A stretch of 64,000 nucleotides of DNA from a virus (taxonomy: Duplodnaviria; Heunggongvirae; Uroviricota; Caudoviricetes): the IMG/VR virus record IMGVR_UViG_3300006139_000008; one strand, given 5' to 3'. Of the stretch, positions 46,154-57,106 are shown piece after piece (within the stretch, counting starts at the first letter, position 1; the number at the start of each line of letters is the position of its first letter). The notes beneath the pieces are model-generated. The model ran no database searches and was not told where the DNA came from. It saw only the letters and a program-made list of their open reading frames with translations. Both the position numbers and the translations under genes were made by a program.

Positions 46154-49100
46154 CCCATCCTACTACAATTTTCTCCATTTCAGGTGTTTTCACCCACGAA
46201 CCATTAAGCATCTTCATTTTATTTTTCTCTCTAAATTCTGTAACATTGATTACATTGCCTGTTTGGAAAGGTCTTTCTACAAAATTCTTTCCAGATGTAA
46301 TCTTAGTTTTTAAAGTATCTCCTGTACGCAAATTATATAAAACAAGATATGGTTTGGTTTTATCCTTATAAAATTTTGCTTCTACCACATAATACATACC
46401 TTTAGGTGCTTTCGGATTTGAATATGTGATATATTCAAGATATTCCTGTTCATATTTGATCTGTTCTTTTATTGATAATGGCTTGTCTTCTAATTGCTGT
46501 GATATTCTCTGAATGTATTTATCCATATGTAATTCTTTATACATTTTTGGAGTCTCATTATCAAAACACCCATCAAACACAGTTATGTCAATACCTAAGT
46601 TATCTATATCAGACTTTTTAATCTGCTTTCTGTCATAATACTTTTCAAACATATCTATAATCTGAAGCAGTTTTTTGTTTGAGCCGTAATCAGAGAAAAA
46701 ATTTAAGATAGTAAGTATTTGAAGTTGTCTGGAATTTACTGAGGTTTTTTCTTTAATATCTTTAATCACATCAATAAAGTTTTCATAATTATTATCTCTG
46801 CCTAGCTCATATAACTCATCAGCAATCGTTTCATTACAATATTTAATAGATGAAATTGACTTATAAATTGTATTGGTATCTCTGTCGAATGTATATTCAC
46901 TTTTTGACTTTCCAAACTTGATATTTTCAATGTGGATATCAAAATAATCCAATTCAGAAATAATACGGCTTGTTTTTTCATTATCAGATTGGTACTCATT
47001 TAAGACTGTAGTGAAATATTCAAGCGGATAATGTTCTTTTGCTTCTGCACCATATATACTGTCATAAGCTACAGATACCGCATGAGCAGCGTTAAAACTG
47101 TATCTTGCTGCATCATCTACAACCTGCCATACTTCATTAAATCCTTCTTCTGTTCCAAGATTCTTTTTATATCCTGCTATCAGTTCCTGTCTTAATTCTT
47201 CTTTTGCTTCTGGTGTAAATTTCTTCTTACTGATTTTTTTGATAATATCGTAAGTATGATCCTCCTTCATTCCACACCATACTAGAAAAGCCATGATTGA
47301 TTCCTGATATAGCATGAAATGATAACTCGGTAGCAGAATATCATCAATTTCTGATACGCCCGTACTATATGGTTCTCTATCAAGAAAAGTATTTACCAGA
47401 CTAGCAAATCCAGGTCTGATTGCGGCCACAAATGCACTCATTTCTGCATCTGTCTTTGGCTTATACCTTTTTAGCATATTTGTTGATATATCTGTATCAG
47501 CCTGATTTAATGTTGCTGTCATTCCATCTTCATATAACTTCCAAGTTTTATCATCTAATCTTTCTAACAATTCTCTGATATTTGGGATTGGTTGACCAAT
47601 CATCTTATAAAAATCAGAAATTATCTTCCATACTTTTACTGTTAGATAATCATTTTTAAGAAACTTCCAAACATCGGAAGTATAACCGTCTATACAAGCA
47701 CATAATTCATTACCGACACGAATTAATCCTAATTCTTTTGATAACGGTTTATTAGATAGTACAAAACTGCATGGACTTGGAGAAATACTTTCAATGGTTC
47801 CTATATATTTTTGTGCTTCATCTATAATAGGTTTCCACTTTTTATCTGTTCTGAAAGCATCTAAATTCTTACCAACCTCATTATAATCATTCATTGGAAT
47901 ATCATACGCTCTACAAAGATTCCTAAAAGCAGATGACTCTTTCATAGTTCCTAAAGCATACATATAGTAGATACCGTCTTCACCAAGTAATTCTTTTGAT
48001 GCTGCAATCGGTGCTGATACATCTGCCCAATTCTGATCTATATCTGGTAATGATTTTGTTTCTAATATCCTTGCTACACTCATAAATCTTGTAGGATATA
48101 ATGGTACAGGAGCAGTAAATCTATCTATTTCAGTAAATCCAAGTAATTTATTGATATAAAATGAAACAGCAGATCCCCTTCCAGTACGAGATAAAACACC
48201 ACCATATTTCTCTTTTGCAAGCTCAACCATCTTTTCATTGAAGAGGAAATAATCAGCCATTTGTGTATCTTTTACAATCTTATATTCAAAAGCAATACCA
48301 TCCTGATACTCTTTCCAACGTGATTTATCAATATGTTTCTTCTCTTGATTCCACTTTTCTACGAGATGTTTTGACAGTTCTTTATCTTTCTGTTCCTGTG
48401 TAAAGTCTGGATAAATAGTTGGAATTTTAATCTCTTTATCAAAATATAATTCTTCGCATTCATCAAAAATCAATGTGTTGTCTAATGCCTCTTTAATCTG
48501 CCAATCTGATAATAACCCTTGTTTTTTATACCGTTCTATAATCGTATCATAATCTGGAAAATCCAATACAAAACTATCTTCATCACCATAGTTAATTCCT
48601 TTACCTTTTAAAAACTTTACTCTATCCTTTGCTTGTTCAGGATATATGTAGTGGCTATCATTTGCATGGATAAGCTGCATATTATAGTGTTGTTTCAACA
48701 TCAGCATATTTCTGTTATGATTAATCTGTATATCAAATGGATGGTTCTGAACCTCCAAATAAAAATTTTTACCAAAATGTCCATATATAGTTTCAAATAA
48801 GATTTTCATATCATCACTTGGTCTAAGTATTCCTCCTACACAAGCAGATGTTATAAAAAAATTATTTGGATTCAATCTTTTAATAAGTTCTATATCAATC
48901 CTTGGTTTATAGTAGAATCCAGTTTTACTACTCTCCGACATAATTTCATTAAGTTCATAAAAACCATCTTGATTTTTTGCTATGATAACGATATGGTAAT
49001 TGGAATTATCCTTTTCTTTTCTGTCTTTTACCATATACAATTCAGCACCATAAATCATTTTCAGATTATTTTTTTTGCATAAATCATAGGCTTCTAAGAA

Positions 49101-49259
49101 CTTGCCAGCCCATCCATGCTGAGTTGTAAAATAATTTTTACAACCCAGATCCAAACTTCTCTCTATATAGTCTGTGTTTTTAACTACGCAGTCCAAAGTC
49201 ATAACATTACTTTCATGGCAATGTTTATGAAAATTTTCGTATCTATTTATGATCTTCAC
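46143..49259 (-). CDS. dnaE: DNA polymerase III alpha-type replicative polymerase (PHP domain plus Pol IIIa core)
   Basis: N-terminal PHP His cluster FHKHCHES...HGWAG; polymerase core GRGSAVSFY; 1038 aa. Confidence 0.8.
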   Translation of the reverse strand: MKIINRYENFHKHCHESNVMTLDCVVKNTDYIERSLDLGCKNYFTTQHGWAGKFLEAYDLCKKNNLKMIYGAELYMVKDRKEKDNSNYHIVIIAKNQDGFYELNEIMSESSKTGFYYKPRIDIELIKRLNPNNFFITSACVGGILRPSDDMKILFETIYGHFGKNFYLEVQNHPFDIQINHNRNMLMLKQHYNMQLIHANDSHYIYPEQAKDRVKFLKGKGINYGDEDSFVLDFPDYDTIIERYKKQGLLSDWQIKEALDNTLIFDECEELYFDKEIKIPTIYPDFTQEQKDKELSKHLVEKWNQEKKHIDKSRWKEYQDGIAFEYKIVKDTQMADYFLFNEKMVELAKEKYGGVLSRTGRGSAVSFYINKLLGFTEIDRFTAPVPLYPTRFMSVARILETKSLPDIDQNWADVSAPIAASKELLGEDGIYYMYALGTMKESSAFRNLCRAYDIPMNDYNEVGKNLDAFRTDKKWKPIIDEAQKYIGTIESISPSPCSFVLSNKPLSKELGLIRVGNELCACIDGYTSDVWKFLKNDYLTVKVWKIISDFYKMIGQPIPNIRELLERLDDKTWKLYEDGMTATLNQADTDISTNMLKRYKPKTDAEMSAFVAAIRPGFASLVNTFLDREPYSTGVSEIDDILLPSYHFMLYQESIMAFLVWCGMKEDHTYDIIKKISKKKFTPEAKEELRQELIAGYKKNLGTEEGFNEVWQVVDDAARYSFNAAHAVSVAYDSIYGAEAKEHYPLEYFTTVLNEYQSDNEKTSRIISELDYFDIHIENIKFGKSKSEYTFDRDTNTIYKSISSIKYCNETIADELYELGRDNNYENFIDVIKDIKEKTSVNSRQLQILTILNFFSDYGSNKKLLQIIDMFEKYYDRKQIKKSDIDNLGIDITVFDGCFDNETPKMYKELHMDKYIQRISQQLEDKPLSIKEQIKYEQEYLEYITYSNPKAPKGMYYVVEAKFYKDKTKPYLVLYNLRTGDTLKTKITSGKNFVERPFQTGNVINVTEFREKNKMKMLNGSWVKTPEMEKIVVGWDVY

Positions 49260-49264
49260 CTCTT

Positions 49265-50452
49265 TTATAGACTATCCAAAAACGAAAGCAAGTCATCGTC
49301 ACCTGAAGAATTATCACTATTATCATTTTCTTCATCGTCTGTATTATTTTGAAACATTTCCTGCTCTTTTAAATATGCATCGTATGGTTTATGTAATTTT
49401 CTGGAATATCCTGATAAGGTTGCCAGTCTATAAGCATCAGCATCCGTTATATCCTGCCAAAATAACATTTCATCTTTTGTAACTTTATATTCTGCTTCTC
49501 TTCTTCTAAAATCATGAATCACATCAAAAATATCTTCTTTTAACGCTTCAATCTTTTCTTCAGTTAGAGGAACTTCCACATAACAATCTCTGATTGTAAA
49601 TTTCTCTCTTACTTCTTTTGGCAAACAATCAATTGTATTATCCAGAATCATAGTATCTACATATGTGTCAATATCATCTTCATAGCCAAAATGCTTTAAC
49701 CACATCTTTGCCGTATTTACCAAACTCTCTCCAATACTATTTCTTTCAATATGTCGATCTTTAAGAGTGCCATTTTTCTGTTCATAAGTAACTGTTACAT
49801 ATTTAAGGAAATTCCATTCACAAATTATATCTTCTAATGGAATACCTAATGCCTGTCGAATACCTTCAGCATAAATTACCAACTGTCCACATTCTTCATC
49901 AATCTTTTTACCTGTATATTTTGTGCTTGTCTTCCAATCAACAATCCTAATTCTTGTTCTTTCATTTCCATCATCATCTTGATATTTCTCTGTAAACAAA
50001 AAATCAATATATCCCTGTAAGACAATATCTTCACTGATTCTAATGGTTATGAAGTGTTCAATCCTATGTGGCTGCTTTATCACGTTATGATTCCTAAAGA
50101 AATGACGAATACAATTTTCATATTTATTTGCAATTTTTTCATTCTTTTCAGAATCGTTTCTATCATATTTAAGTTCTGCAATATTCATTGTCAAAAGTGA
50201 ATCTTCGTATGAGCCAATCATATCTTCATATTTAATTTCATCTTTATAAAATCTTTCTATAATATCGTGGCAATATCCACCTGACACTGCATAGATACCA
50301 TTCGTTCTATCTTCTTTTTCATGTAATACATATTTTAAAAATGCTTCCCAATGGTCTTGTTTGTAACAATGATATTTGCTCCAGCTATCAAGAGTATCTA
50401 CATTTAACTGCTTGCAAATTTCTTTTAACTCTTCCTTTGTTTTTCTTGCCAA
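49265..50452 (-). CDS. PD-(D/E)XK (RecB/Cas4-like) nuclease with acidic C-terminal tail
   Basis: GYIDFLF...RIVDWKTS...EECGQLVIYAEG (D, D/E-x-K, QxxxY pattern). C-terminal DDEENDNSDNSSGDDDLLSFL. Confidence 0.55.
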   Translation of the reverse strand: MARKTKEELKEICKQLNVDTLDSWSKYHCYKQDHWEAFLKYVLHEKEDRTNGIYAVSGGYCHDIIERFYKDEIKYEDMIGSYEDSLLTMNIAELKYDRNDSEKNEKIANKYENCIRHFFRNHNVIKQPHRIEHFITIRISEDIVLQGYIDFLFTEKYQDDDGNERTRIRIVDWKTSTKYTGKKIDEECGQLVIYAEGIRQALGIPLEDIICEWNFLKYVTVTYEQKNGTLKDRHIERNSIGESLVNTAKMWLKHFGYEDDIDTYVDTMILDNTIDCLPKEVREKFTIRDCYVEVPLTEEKIEALKEDIFDVIHDFRRREAEYKVTKDEMLFWQDITDADAYRLATLSGYSRKLHKPYDAYLKEQEMFQNNTDDEENDNSDNSSGDDDLLSFLDSL

Positions 50453-51456
50453 TCCCTCAACAATCTCCTTTCCTTTTCATCATATATTGTTCTATGTTTC
50501 AGCATAAATTCATATATCTTATTTGGCATATCTGCCGGACTATCCTTACTGCCTTCTTTAATCAATCCCCATCTATCATACATATAAGACACTTTTCTGA
50601 TAGGATAAAATTTATCACACTCTTTTCTAATTAAGTTAATATCTATACCCTCATCAAGAGCTATGATAATTTCAACATTCAAACTAATCAAAATCTTTAC
50701 TTGTTCTGGGGAAAATTCACACTTTCCTATTGCAGTTGCAGTCCCATCTTTTCTTGAATATCTTTTTAAGACAGATTTTTGTGCTTCCAAACAGACTACA
50801 TATCCGGCTTCTTGAATTGTTTTATAATTCTCATTCAATCCATAAATATTTTCGCTACGAGGATATGTGTTTGATAATTTAAAGAATTTTGGAATGTCTA
50901 ACATTTCATAATTTTCTATGGTAGTTCTTCCGCTAACTCCTATGTATTCGTTATCATCACCATCCCATTTACGTTCAGGTATGACAATCCTTTTTCTATC
51001 ATATGAATATCCGATATTAAATCTCTTACAAGCAAACGGCATTACACCTTCTCTTATCCAACCAATATAAGGTAGATCAACATATTCTTTCATGCAGGAA
51101 TCATCATAAATCGGAATGTCTTTATCAAGTGTATGCCGTTTTCGCTTTACCTTTTTGAAGATTTGCAACGGATCATTCTTATTTTCTTCTTTATTACTGC
51201 TTTTGTATGTGTAATTTAAACCCAATAATTTATGGATATATTTATTTGCCTTACCAAACGATAAATTTTTTATATCCATGACCACTGTGAAAATATCACC
51301 AACATTATTTCCTTCCGCACATCGGATAGCAGATGATAAATTATTTTTCTTTACACATACAGCAGTTTTATTTGTTCCTTCTGGCAAGGCGGCTCGCCAT
51401 TCACCTTGATACTCTTTAATATCATGACACCCCAAAGACTCAAGAATTGTAAACAC
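50425..51456 (-). CDS. dnaG: DnaG-like DNA primase (zinc-binding plus TOPRIM)
   Basis: N-terminal CHD...C Zn motif; TOPRIM Glu (VCLEAQKS) and DxD (IIALDEGID). Confidence 0.65.
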   Translation of the reverse strand: MFTILESLGCHDIKEYQGEWRAALPEGTNKTAVCVKKNNLSSAIRCAEGNNVGDIFTVVMDIKNLSFGKANKYIHKLLGLNYTYKSSNKEENKNDPLQIFKKVKRKRHTLDKDIPIYDDSCMKEYVDLPYIGWIREGVMPFACKRFNIGYSYDRKRIVIPERKWDGDDNEYIGVSGRTTIENYEMLDIPKFFKLSNTYPRSENIYGLNENYKTIQEAGYVVCLEAQKSVLKRYSRKDGTATAIGKCEFSPEQVKILISLNVEIIIALDEGIDINLIRKECDKFYPIRKVSYMYDRWGLIKEGSKDSPADMPNKIYEFMLKHRTIYDEKERRLLRDWQEKQRKS

Positions 51457-51521
51457 ACAATCATTTTCTATTATGTACTCTTTTAGGTCATCTGCATTAA
51501 TGTAAGCTCACCGCCTTTCTT

Positions 51522-53024
51522 CTAAAAATCTACTGGTACAGAAGTAAAACCAACTTCTTTTAACAAATTTCTACTCATATCATGTTCCACTACAATTTGT
51601 ACACTATTCGCAACACCTTCTCTATTTTTTACAATGAATAATAGCTGGTAATGCTTTTCATGATCCAAATTAACAGGAATTTTTGATTTGCCATTCTTGC
51701 CTTCTAACCGATATACTTTCAAAGCATTTTTTTCACCTGTGTATTCATCATCAAAAATATCACGAATCATAATACAAGTGCTTGCAACATCAATAATATT
51801 TTTCGCCTGTCCAATATTATCCTGACTATAAAATCTCTGTCTTGCTGATGATTTTGCTAACTGAAATGTAATTACAATATGTACGTCTTTACCACCATCG
51901 GTTTTTACAGTATCGTAAATATCAACCATTGCCTGTTGCATCTCAAGCCACATTTTATCATTTCTGCTTCCTGAGTCTGCCTTAAACGTATCAAGGATAA
52001 AATACTTAACTCCAAGACTTGCATATTTTTTTATTACTTTTATTGCCTTATCAGTACGATATTTATTAAACGGAATCAGTGTAATTGTATTATCACTCGC
52101 TTTTGTCTTAATCCAATCAGCGCATTTTCTAAGCATTTCCATTACTTCATCACTGTACTTACCATCTCTGACAACAAACTTTTGCAAATCAAACTTATAA
52201 ATATTGTTGGCTACCCAAACTAATAACTCTCTCTGCCATTTCTTAGTACCTTCTTCATTCAAAATAATTACCAGTTTGTCGCCATTCTTAATTGTTGTAG
52301 GGATGCATAAAGACCTTGCCAGTGTTGTCTTACCCATATTAGACAAGCCACCAATCAGAGTAACATTCCCAGTTAATTGTCCACCAGTTTCCTTATTTAG
52401 AAGTGGCATATCATTATATGGAAGGCCAACAGCCATACCACGATTTAACTCATCAATAAGTTCATCTATGCCATCATCTATTGAATAAGATTTTGTTTCC
52501 TCATCCGCATTGATAAAAATATGATTCAGAATCGCTTCGTACTCTGCATAAATATCATCTAATGACATATCCGCAAATTCGCTTAATCTGTCATATACGG
52601 GAAATTTATTTTTGAGCAATAACAATACAGTATTCCACTTATTTAGTTCTGCTATATATCCATTTAAGTTTTCAATCTTGACATATTCTGTTGCCTTTTC
52701 AATAGTTTCAAATCCACCATACTCATCATATTTCTGTTTTAGTTTGCTGTGTTTTTCTAAATATAATCCAACAGTAATTTCATCAAGTGTAGATTTTCTT
52801 TCTTTAATCACTATATCAAATGCAATCTGCCAATAAACTCGCCATGTATTTTCTGTAAAATCTTCAAGTTTGAGCTGATAATCATACATCAAGTCAGGCT
52901 TCTTATAGAAGATGGAAACAATATTGGCTTCACAGGCAAGTTTATATTCTTTTACTGTTTTTGCTGCTTTGATAAGTTCTTCCTGAAAAGGCGTTGGTTT
53001 CTTTTCATTTTTACTTTGAGCCAA
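51522..53024 (-). CDS. dnaB: DnaB-like replicative helicase
   Basis: Walker A GGLSNMGKTTLA. RecA-like core (ILDTFK, ITFQLAKS) with N-terminal DnaB-N-like domain. 500 aa. Confidence 0.8.
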   Translation of the reverse strand: MAQSKNEKKPTPFQEELIKAAKTVKEYKLACEANIVSIFYKKPDLMYDYQLKLEDFTENTWRVYWQIAFDIVIKERKSTLDEITVGLYLEKHSKLKQKYDEYGGFETIEKATEYVKIENLNGYIAELNKWNTVLLLLKNKFPVYDRLSEFADMSLDDIYAEYEAILNHIFINADEETKSYSIDDGIDELIDELNRGMAVGLPYNDMPLLNKETGGQLTGNVTLIGGLSNMGKTTLARSLCIPTTIKNGDKLVIILNEEGTKKWQRELLVWVANNIYKFDLQKFVVRDGKYSDEVMEMLRKCADWIKTKASDNTITLIPFNKYRTDKAIKVIKKYASLGVKYFILDTFKADSGSRNDKMWLEMQQAMVDIYDTVKTDGGKDVHIVITFQLAKSSARQRFYSQDNIGQAKNIIDVASTCIMIRDIFDDEYTGEKNALKVYRLEGKNGKSKIPVNLDHEKHYQLLFIVKNREGVANSVQIVVEHDMSRNLLKEVGFTSVPVDF

Positions 53025-53034
53025 TTATTTCCTC

Positions 53035-53496
53035 CTAAAACAAGTTTTTTAATCTATCATTTACATCTTTTGTTTTCTTTGAATAATCCGCACCTTTGTT
53101 AAACTGATTTTCAAATGAATCATTCTGTAACTTTTCTTCTTTCTTTTTTGCCTGTTGTAATCTGATATACACATCATTTATTTCTGGTTCAACCATCTTA
53201 ACGATTAAATTGATTTTATGATTTTCGTCTTTTATTTTAGTTCCATTTTTTAAAATATAATCTACGATTTTTCTTTTACATATCTTAAATGCACACAACA
53301 ATGTATAATCATCATAGCAAGCATTAGTCTCTATATTATTATTTGCAATATGCTGACCTTTTTTTAATCCTTGAAGTTTCAAAACAAGATATGTAGGCAT
53401 CTTCATATTGTCATCATATTGCAAAATTTCTTTCTTTACATATTCGCATAATTCAACCCAATCTTTGTTTTTAGGTTCTTTCTTTGCACGAGCCAA
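53035..53496 (-). CDS. hypothetical basic protein
   Basis: 153-aa ORF; context only. Confidence 0.4.
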   Translation of the reverse strand: MARAKKEPKNKDWVELCEYVKKEILQYDDNMKMPTYLVLKLQGLKKGQHIANNNIETNACYDDYTLLCAFKICKRKIVDYILKNGTKIKDENHKINLIVKMVEPEINDVYIRLQQAKKKEEKLQNDSFENQFNKGADYSKKTKDVNDRLKNLF

Positions 53497-53562
53497 ATTA
53501 TCACCTCTAATCTATTTGCCCTGGCATAAAACATACACCAGAGCAAATATATTTTATAAGCA

Positions 53563-54555
53563 TTATGCTAACTGCAACTTTGTGAAATCAATCAATTCTG
53601 TCAGATCCTCAACGGTCTGCAATTCAATCTTCTTAACATCAATCTTTTTCTCTTTGATTAAAGCATTAATCTTACTGATTGCATCCATATTCTTATCTTC
53701 TTTAAGCTGTTTCATCATGTCTTTCCACTCATTAGCAAGTGCTTCTGCCTTATCAGCCTTATCTACCATTGATTCAGTTGAAGTTTTCAAATCATTTTTA
53801 TATGATGTTTTATTTGTTTCAAGACCATTCATTGCCTCGTAGTAGCTTCTCCAAATATCAAAGCAAGGATTTTCAATCTGTTCTCCTACCTTTGTTACAC
53901 CAGTCCTATCCTTGATAACCTCTGCCCAGAACGATACATTTCCATCTTTATCTTTCTTTGTGTAGTGCCGAAGAATTGTATCATAATCAAACTTTACAGA
54001 CTTGTGCATATCAGGCTTGTAACCGATAGTCTTTTTGCCTTCATCGTCCTTGATTTCTACTTCCTGTGCAACAGATACAATATGTGTACCTTTTGAAGAA
54101 AGATCAATCTTTGCTTGCTGTAGTTTCATGTTAATAATCTTAATACGTCCCCACTGCTTTACGCTAATACCGGCATCATCAACATCTCCGCCCTTCTTTC
54201 TGGCACGCCTTTCCTCTACTTCCGTTGCTCCTATTTGCATGGTGGCATAAAATTTACTTTCTGAGTCTATTGACAATGTTTCAATTTGACCATCATATTC
54301 ACCACTAATAAATGCATCCAAATCAGTTTCTAATTCATCAAGATCTGATGTATTATCGACTAAAATTAAATTTTTATATGTATTTCCGTTATTTATGGTA
54401 ATATCTTTTCCCTCATAATGGGCAACACCTGTCTCGGAGTCAATACAAGCAACCTTTGGAAAAGTTAATTGAAAAGTTGACTTACCACTACCAGAATCAC
54501 CATAACTTAAAAACTTACCGCCTATCTTAGCACTTTGAGCTTTGCGAAATGCCAT
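53563..54555 (-). CDS. AAA_24 / Sak4-like recombination ATPase
   Basis: Walker A YGDSGSGKST followed by ACIDSETG, typical of phage AAA_24 RecA-like proteins. Confidence 0.65.
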   Translation of the reverse strand: MAFRKAQSAKIGGKFLSYGDSGSGKSTFQLTFPKVACIDSETGVAHYEGKDITINNGNTYKNLILVDNTSDLDELETDLDAFISGEYDGQIETLSIDSESKFYATMQIGATEVEERRARKKGGDVDDAGISVKQWGRIKIINMKLQQAKIDLSSKGTHIVSVAQEVEIKDDEGKKTIGYKPDMHKSVKFDYDTILRHYTKKDKDGNVSFWAEVIKDRTGVTKVGEQIENPCFDIWRSYYEAMNGLETNKTSYKNDLKTSTESMVDKADKAEALANEWKDMMKQLKEDKNMDAISKINALIKEKKIDVKKIELQTVEDLTELIDFTKLQLA

Positions 54556-55291
54556 ATTTTAAATTACCTCCTGTTTTTATACTATTATCATAAGAATATT
54601 CTCCAAAATACTTTTCTTCTGCATTTTTACGAGCTTTAACAGCATCATCAAAATCATTAAAATATCCAAGAGTTATTCTCTTTTGCCCTTTTACTTTAAT
54701 TTGCGAATACCATTTATTTATTCTCTTATCAAAACAAACACCAGTTACTCCACTTGTATTGTCTTTTCGTTTTATATGGTTCATATTATTTTGACTGTCA
54801 GTGCAAATTCTTAGCTTTTGTTTTCTATTGTCAAATGTTTTATGCTCAATATGATCTACGGCAACATCCTCATCCGTACAATTCATAACAAATCTATGAA
54901 ACAATAAATTTTTTGACGGATTATTTTTATTTGGTGCAATTAAATATCCATCACTAAAACACCAGCAATAATCTTTTATCTTTTCATAATCTTCTAAGTC
55001 AAAATAAAATTCTTCTCCTTTTGATGTATAACCAATACCATATTCGCCAGACAAATCATAAGTGTTATATTTTTTATTTGATTGAGAAGTTCTTTCTTTT
55101 TGAAGACATCCACATGATTGTGTGTGATGAGTTGTAAGCTGAGATGTGGTAGCAATTATATATTCATCACCTCCACATCCACACTTACATTTCCATAATG
55201 CTTTGCCATGTTTATCTGAACCACATCTTTCAATCACTTTTAATCTTCCAAATATTTGTCCTGATAAACTTTTTGCATTACCTCTAATCAT
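54527..55291 (-). CDS. HNH homing endonuclease with AP2 DNA-binding domain
   Basis: HNH_3-type VDHIEHKTFDNRKQKLRICTDSQNNMN. AP2 domain SGVTGVCFDKRINKWYSQIKVKGQKRITLGYFNDFDDAVKARKNAEEKYFGEY. Confidence 0.75.
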   Translation of the reverse strand: MIRGNAKSLSGQIFGRLKVIERCGSDKHGKALWKCKCGCGGDEYIIATTSQLTTHHTQSCGCLQKERTSQSNKKYNTYDLSGEYGIGYTSKGEEFYFDLEDYEKIKDYCWCFSDGYLIAPNKNNPSKNLLFHRFVMNCTDEDVAVDHIEHKTFDNRKQKLRICTDSQNNMNHIKRKDNTSGVTGVCFDKRINKWYSQIKVKGQKRITLGYFNDFDDAVKARKNAEEKYFGEYSYDNSIKTGGNLKYGISQSSKC

Positions 55292-55294
55292 CTT

Positions 55295-56485
55295 TTACAT
55301 ATTATCCAACATTGCAAGTAAATCATCTTCTTCTAATACTTCATCAGCTTCCGCTTCATTACCGTCTGTATCATCTACTTCTACACCTGCGTCATTAAGA
55401 GCCTGTGTATAGAAGTACAAATCTGAATCTTCGTATTTTCCTTCCTCAAAAGCAACCGTAGGCTTTCTTTCATCATCTTGTCCCACATATGTAATATCAG
55501 GCTTGAGAATAACCATTCTGCGTTCACGATTATTACCACCGACAGCACACTTAGCCTTTGCTTCTTCTTCAGAATACAATCCCATTTCAATCAATTCCTT
55601 GATATCATCAGGAATATCATCATCAGTGATATTTACAATAGCAGCACCCTCAATCAGATTACCCATTACTGTCAGAACATTAATACTACCCTTCTTCTTT
55701 ACCTTGAAGAATTTCTGTAACATCTTTGCTGTGATTTCAGGGTTCTCATTGATAGCAACCTCAAATGTCTTAGGATAAGTAACATTTTTCTTGATTTCTA
55801 CTTTCTTACCATCAATCTTAGGCTTACCAACATAATCAACTACATAAGCGTTGAGTGCCATTGTGTTCTTTTCTGGATCTTTCTTACCAATACTGTCAAA
55901 ATCAAGCAAAATTGTCTGTGTAAAAGTTGCTTTAAAATCTGCTTCATCTTCCACTTTGGAAAGTACGATTGATGTAATTTCTTTCTTAACGGTTACATTA
56001 TCTTCATATTCGCTATATCCGATATTACCCTTTACATTGACAATCATTCCGTCTTCAAGATGATCGTTCAAATACTCGACAGCGTCATATGCACTCAGGA
56101 ATTTCTTATAAACTGTTTTACCTTTTACATCCTTTTCAACACCAACTGTAATAAATGATGTATCAGCAACCGTATCTAATAATTCTTCATCAAATCTATC
56201 TTCCCAAGCGATTTCTACCTGTTTGCTCTTCCCATCATCATCTTTATTATCCTTACTAAATCTTCTAAGGATATTATCATCATCAGGAAAGAAACCGCCA
56301 TGCATCTCACCATATACCATATTGCCATTGCCACAATCTACACCAAGATACATCTGATTATCAGTCCATCCAGAATCATAGGAATTATCCAGATTAAATG
56401 TCTTATCTGTGACCTTCACTTTGCCGATCAATGTAAACGCTGCTTTGCCCTTCTTCAGAGTCTTTCTTTCTTTGCTTTTTGCCAA
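55295..56485 (-). CDS. putative ssDNA-binding/recombination-associated protein with acidic C-terminal tail
   Basis: 396 aa, first gene of this part of the leftward operon. C-terminus EADEVLEEDDLLAMLDNM resembles SSB-type acidic tails. No strong motif. Confidence 0.3.
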   Translation of the reverse strand: MAKSKERKTLKKGKAAFTLIGKVKVTDKTFNLDNSYDSGWTDNQMYLGVDCGNGNMVYGEMHGGFFPDDDNILRRFSKDNKDDDGKSKQVEIAWEDRFDEELLDTVADTSFITVGVEKDVKGKTVYKKFLSAYDAVEYLNDHLEDGMIVNVKGNIGYSEYEDNVTVKKEITSIVLSKVEDEADFKATFTQTILLDFDSIGKKDPEKNTMALNAYVVDYVGKPKIDGKKVEIKKNVTYPKTFEVAINENPEITAKMLQKFFKVKKKGSINVLTVMGNLIEGAAIVNITDDDIPDDIKELIEMGLYSEEEAKAKCAVGGNNRERRMVILKPDITYVGQDDERKPTVAFEEGKYEDSDLYFYTQALNDAGVEVDDTDGNEAEADEVLEEDDLLAMLDNM

Positions 56486-57106
56486 ATTAAATGTCCTCCT
56501 GTAAAATAAAATTATTAAAATATTTTCACATCATATATAACATCAACAGCCTTTTCAGCTGGAACATAGAGATTAAATCTATATAAAATCTATGTCATCA
56601 GTGATTTATGGCTAATTTTTGCGTATTTTAAGCCAAGGGTATGCTTTTTACCACCCAAAACGGATATAACTGTTCAGTTGTAATTATTGGAATTGTCTAC
56701 GGATAACCGTACGAAATGTTTACTTGTTACTTGTGTATATATCTGATTTGTTATTCTCTATTTGAACTTAAATTAGTTGTTACTTTTCTTACTCTTCTTC
56801 TCTTTCTGTAACTTTGCTTCCTCTGCCAATTGATTCTCTAACTTTCTTGTGATACTTCTCATTTTGCCTACTGGTTTACATGTTAATCCCATATGTATAT
56901 TTTCTCCTTTTCTCAATCTACATAATCAGTAAATTCTTTTTTACAACACATACATTTAACTGTTATTACTGTAACAATGCCACTTGGTAAAAATTCATAT
57001 ACGAATTGTTCACCTGCTGTTGCACGAGATACACAACCTTGTTTCATGTGCTTCTCTACCCATTTATCTATCTTTTTGCTTGTTTTAAATTCTATTATGT
57101 ATCACC
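56486..57106. other. 620-bp largely non-coding region with palindromes, TTACTT(G) direct repeats and two micro-ORFs; candidate origin or early-control region
   Basis: AACTGTTCAGTT palindrome (about 56676); TACGGATAACCGTA hairpin; TTACTTGTTACTTG and TTACTTTTCTTACTCTTC repeats. Minus-strand micro-ORFs (39 and 43 aa), one with RBS GAAAAGGAG. Confidence 0.3.
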
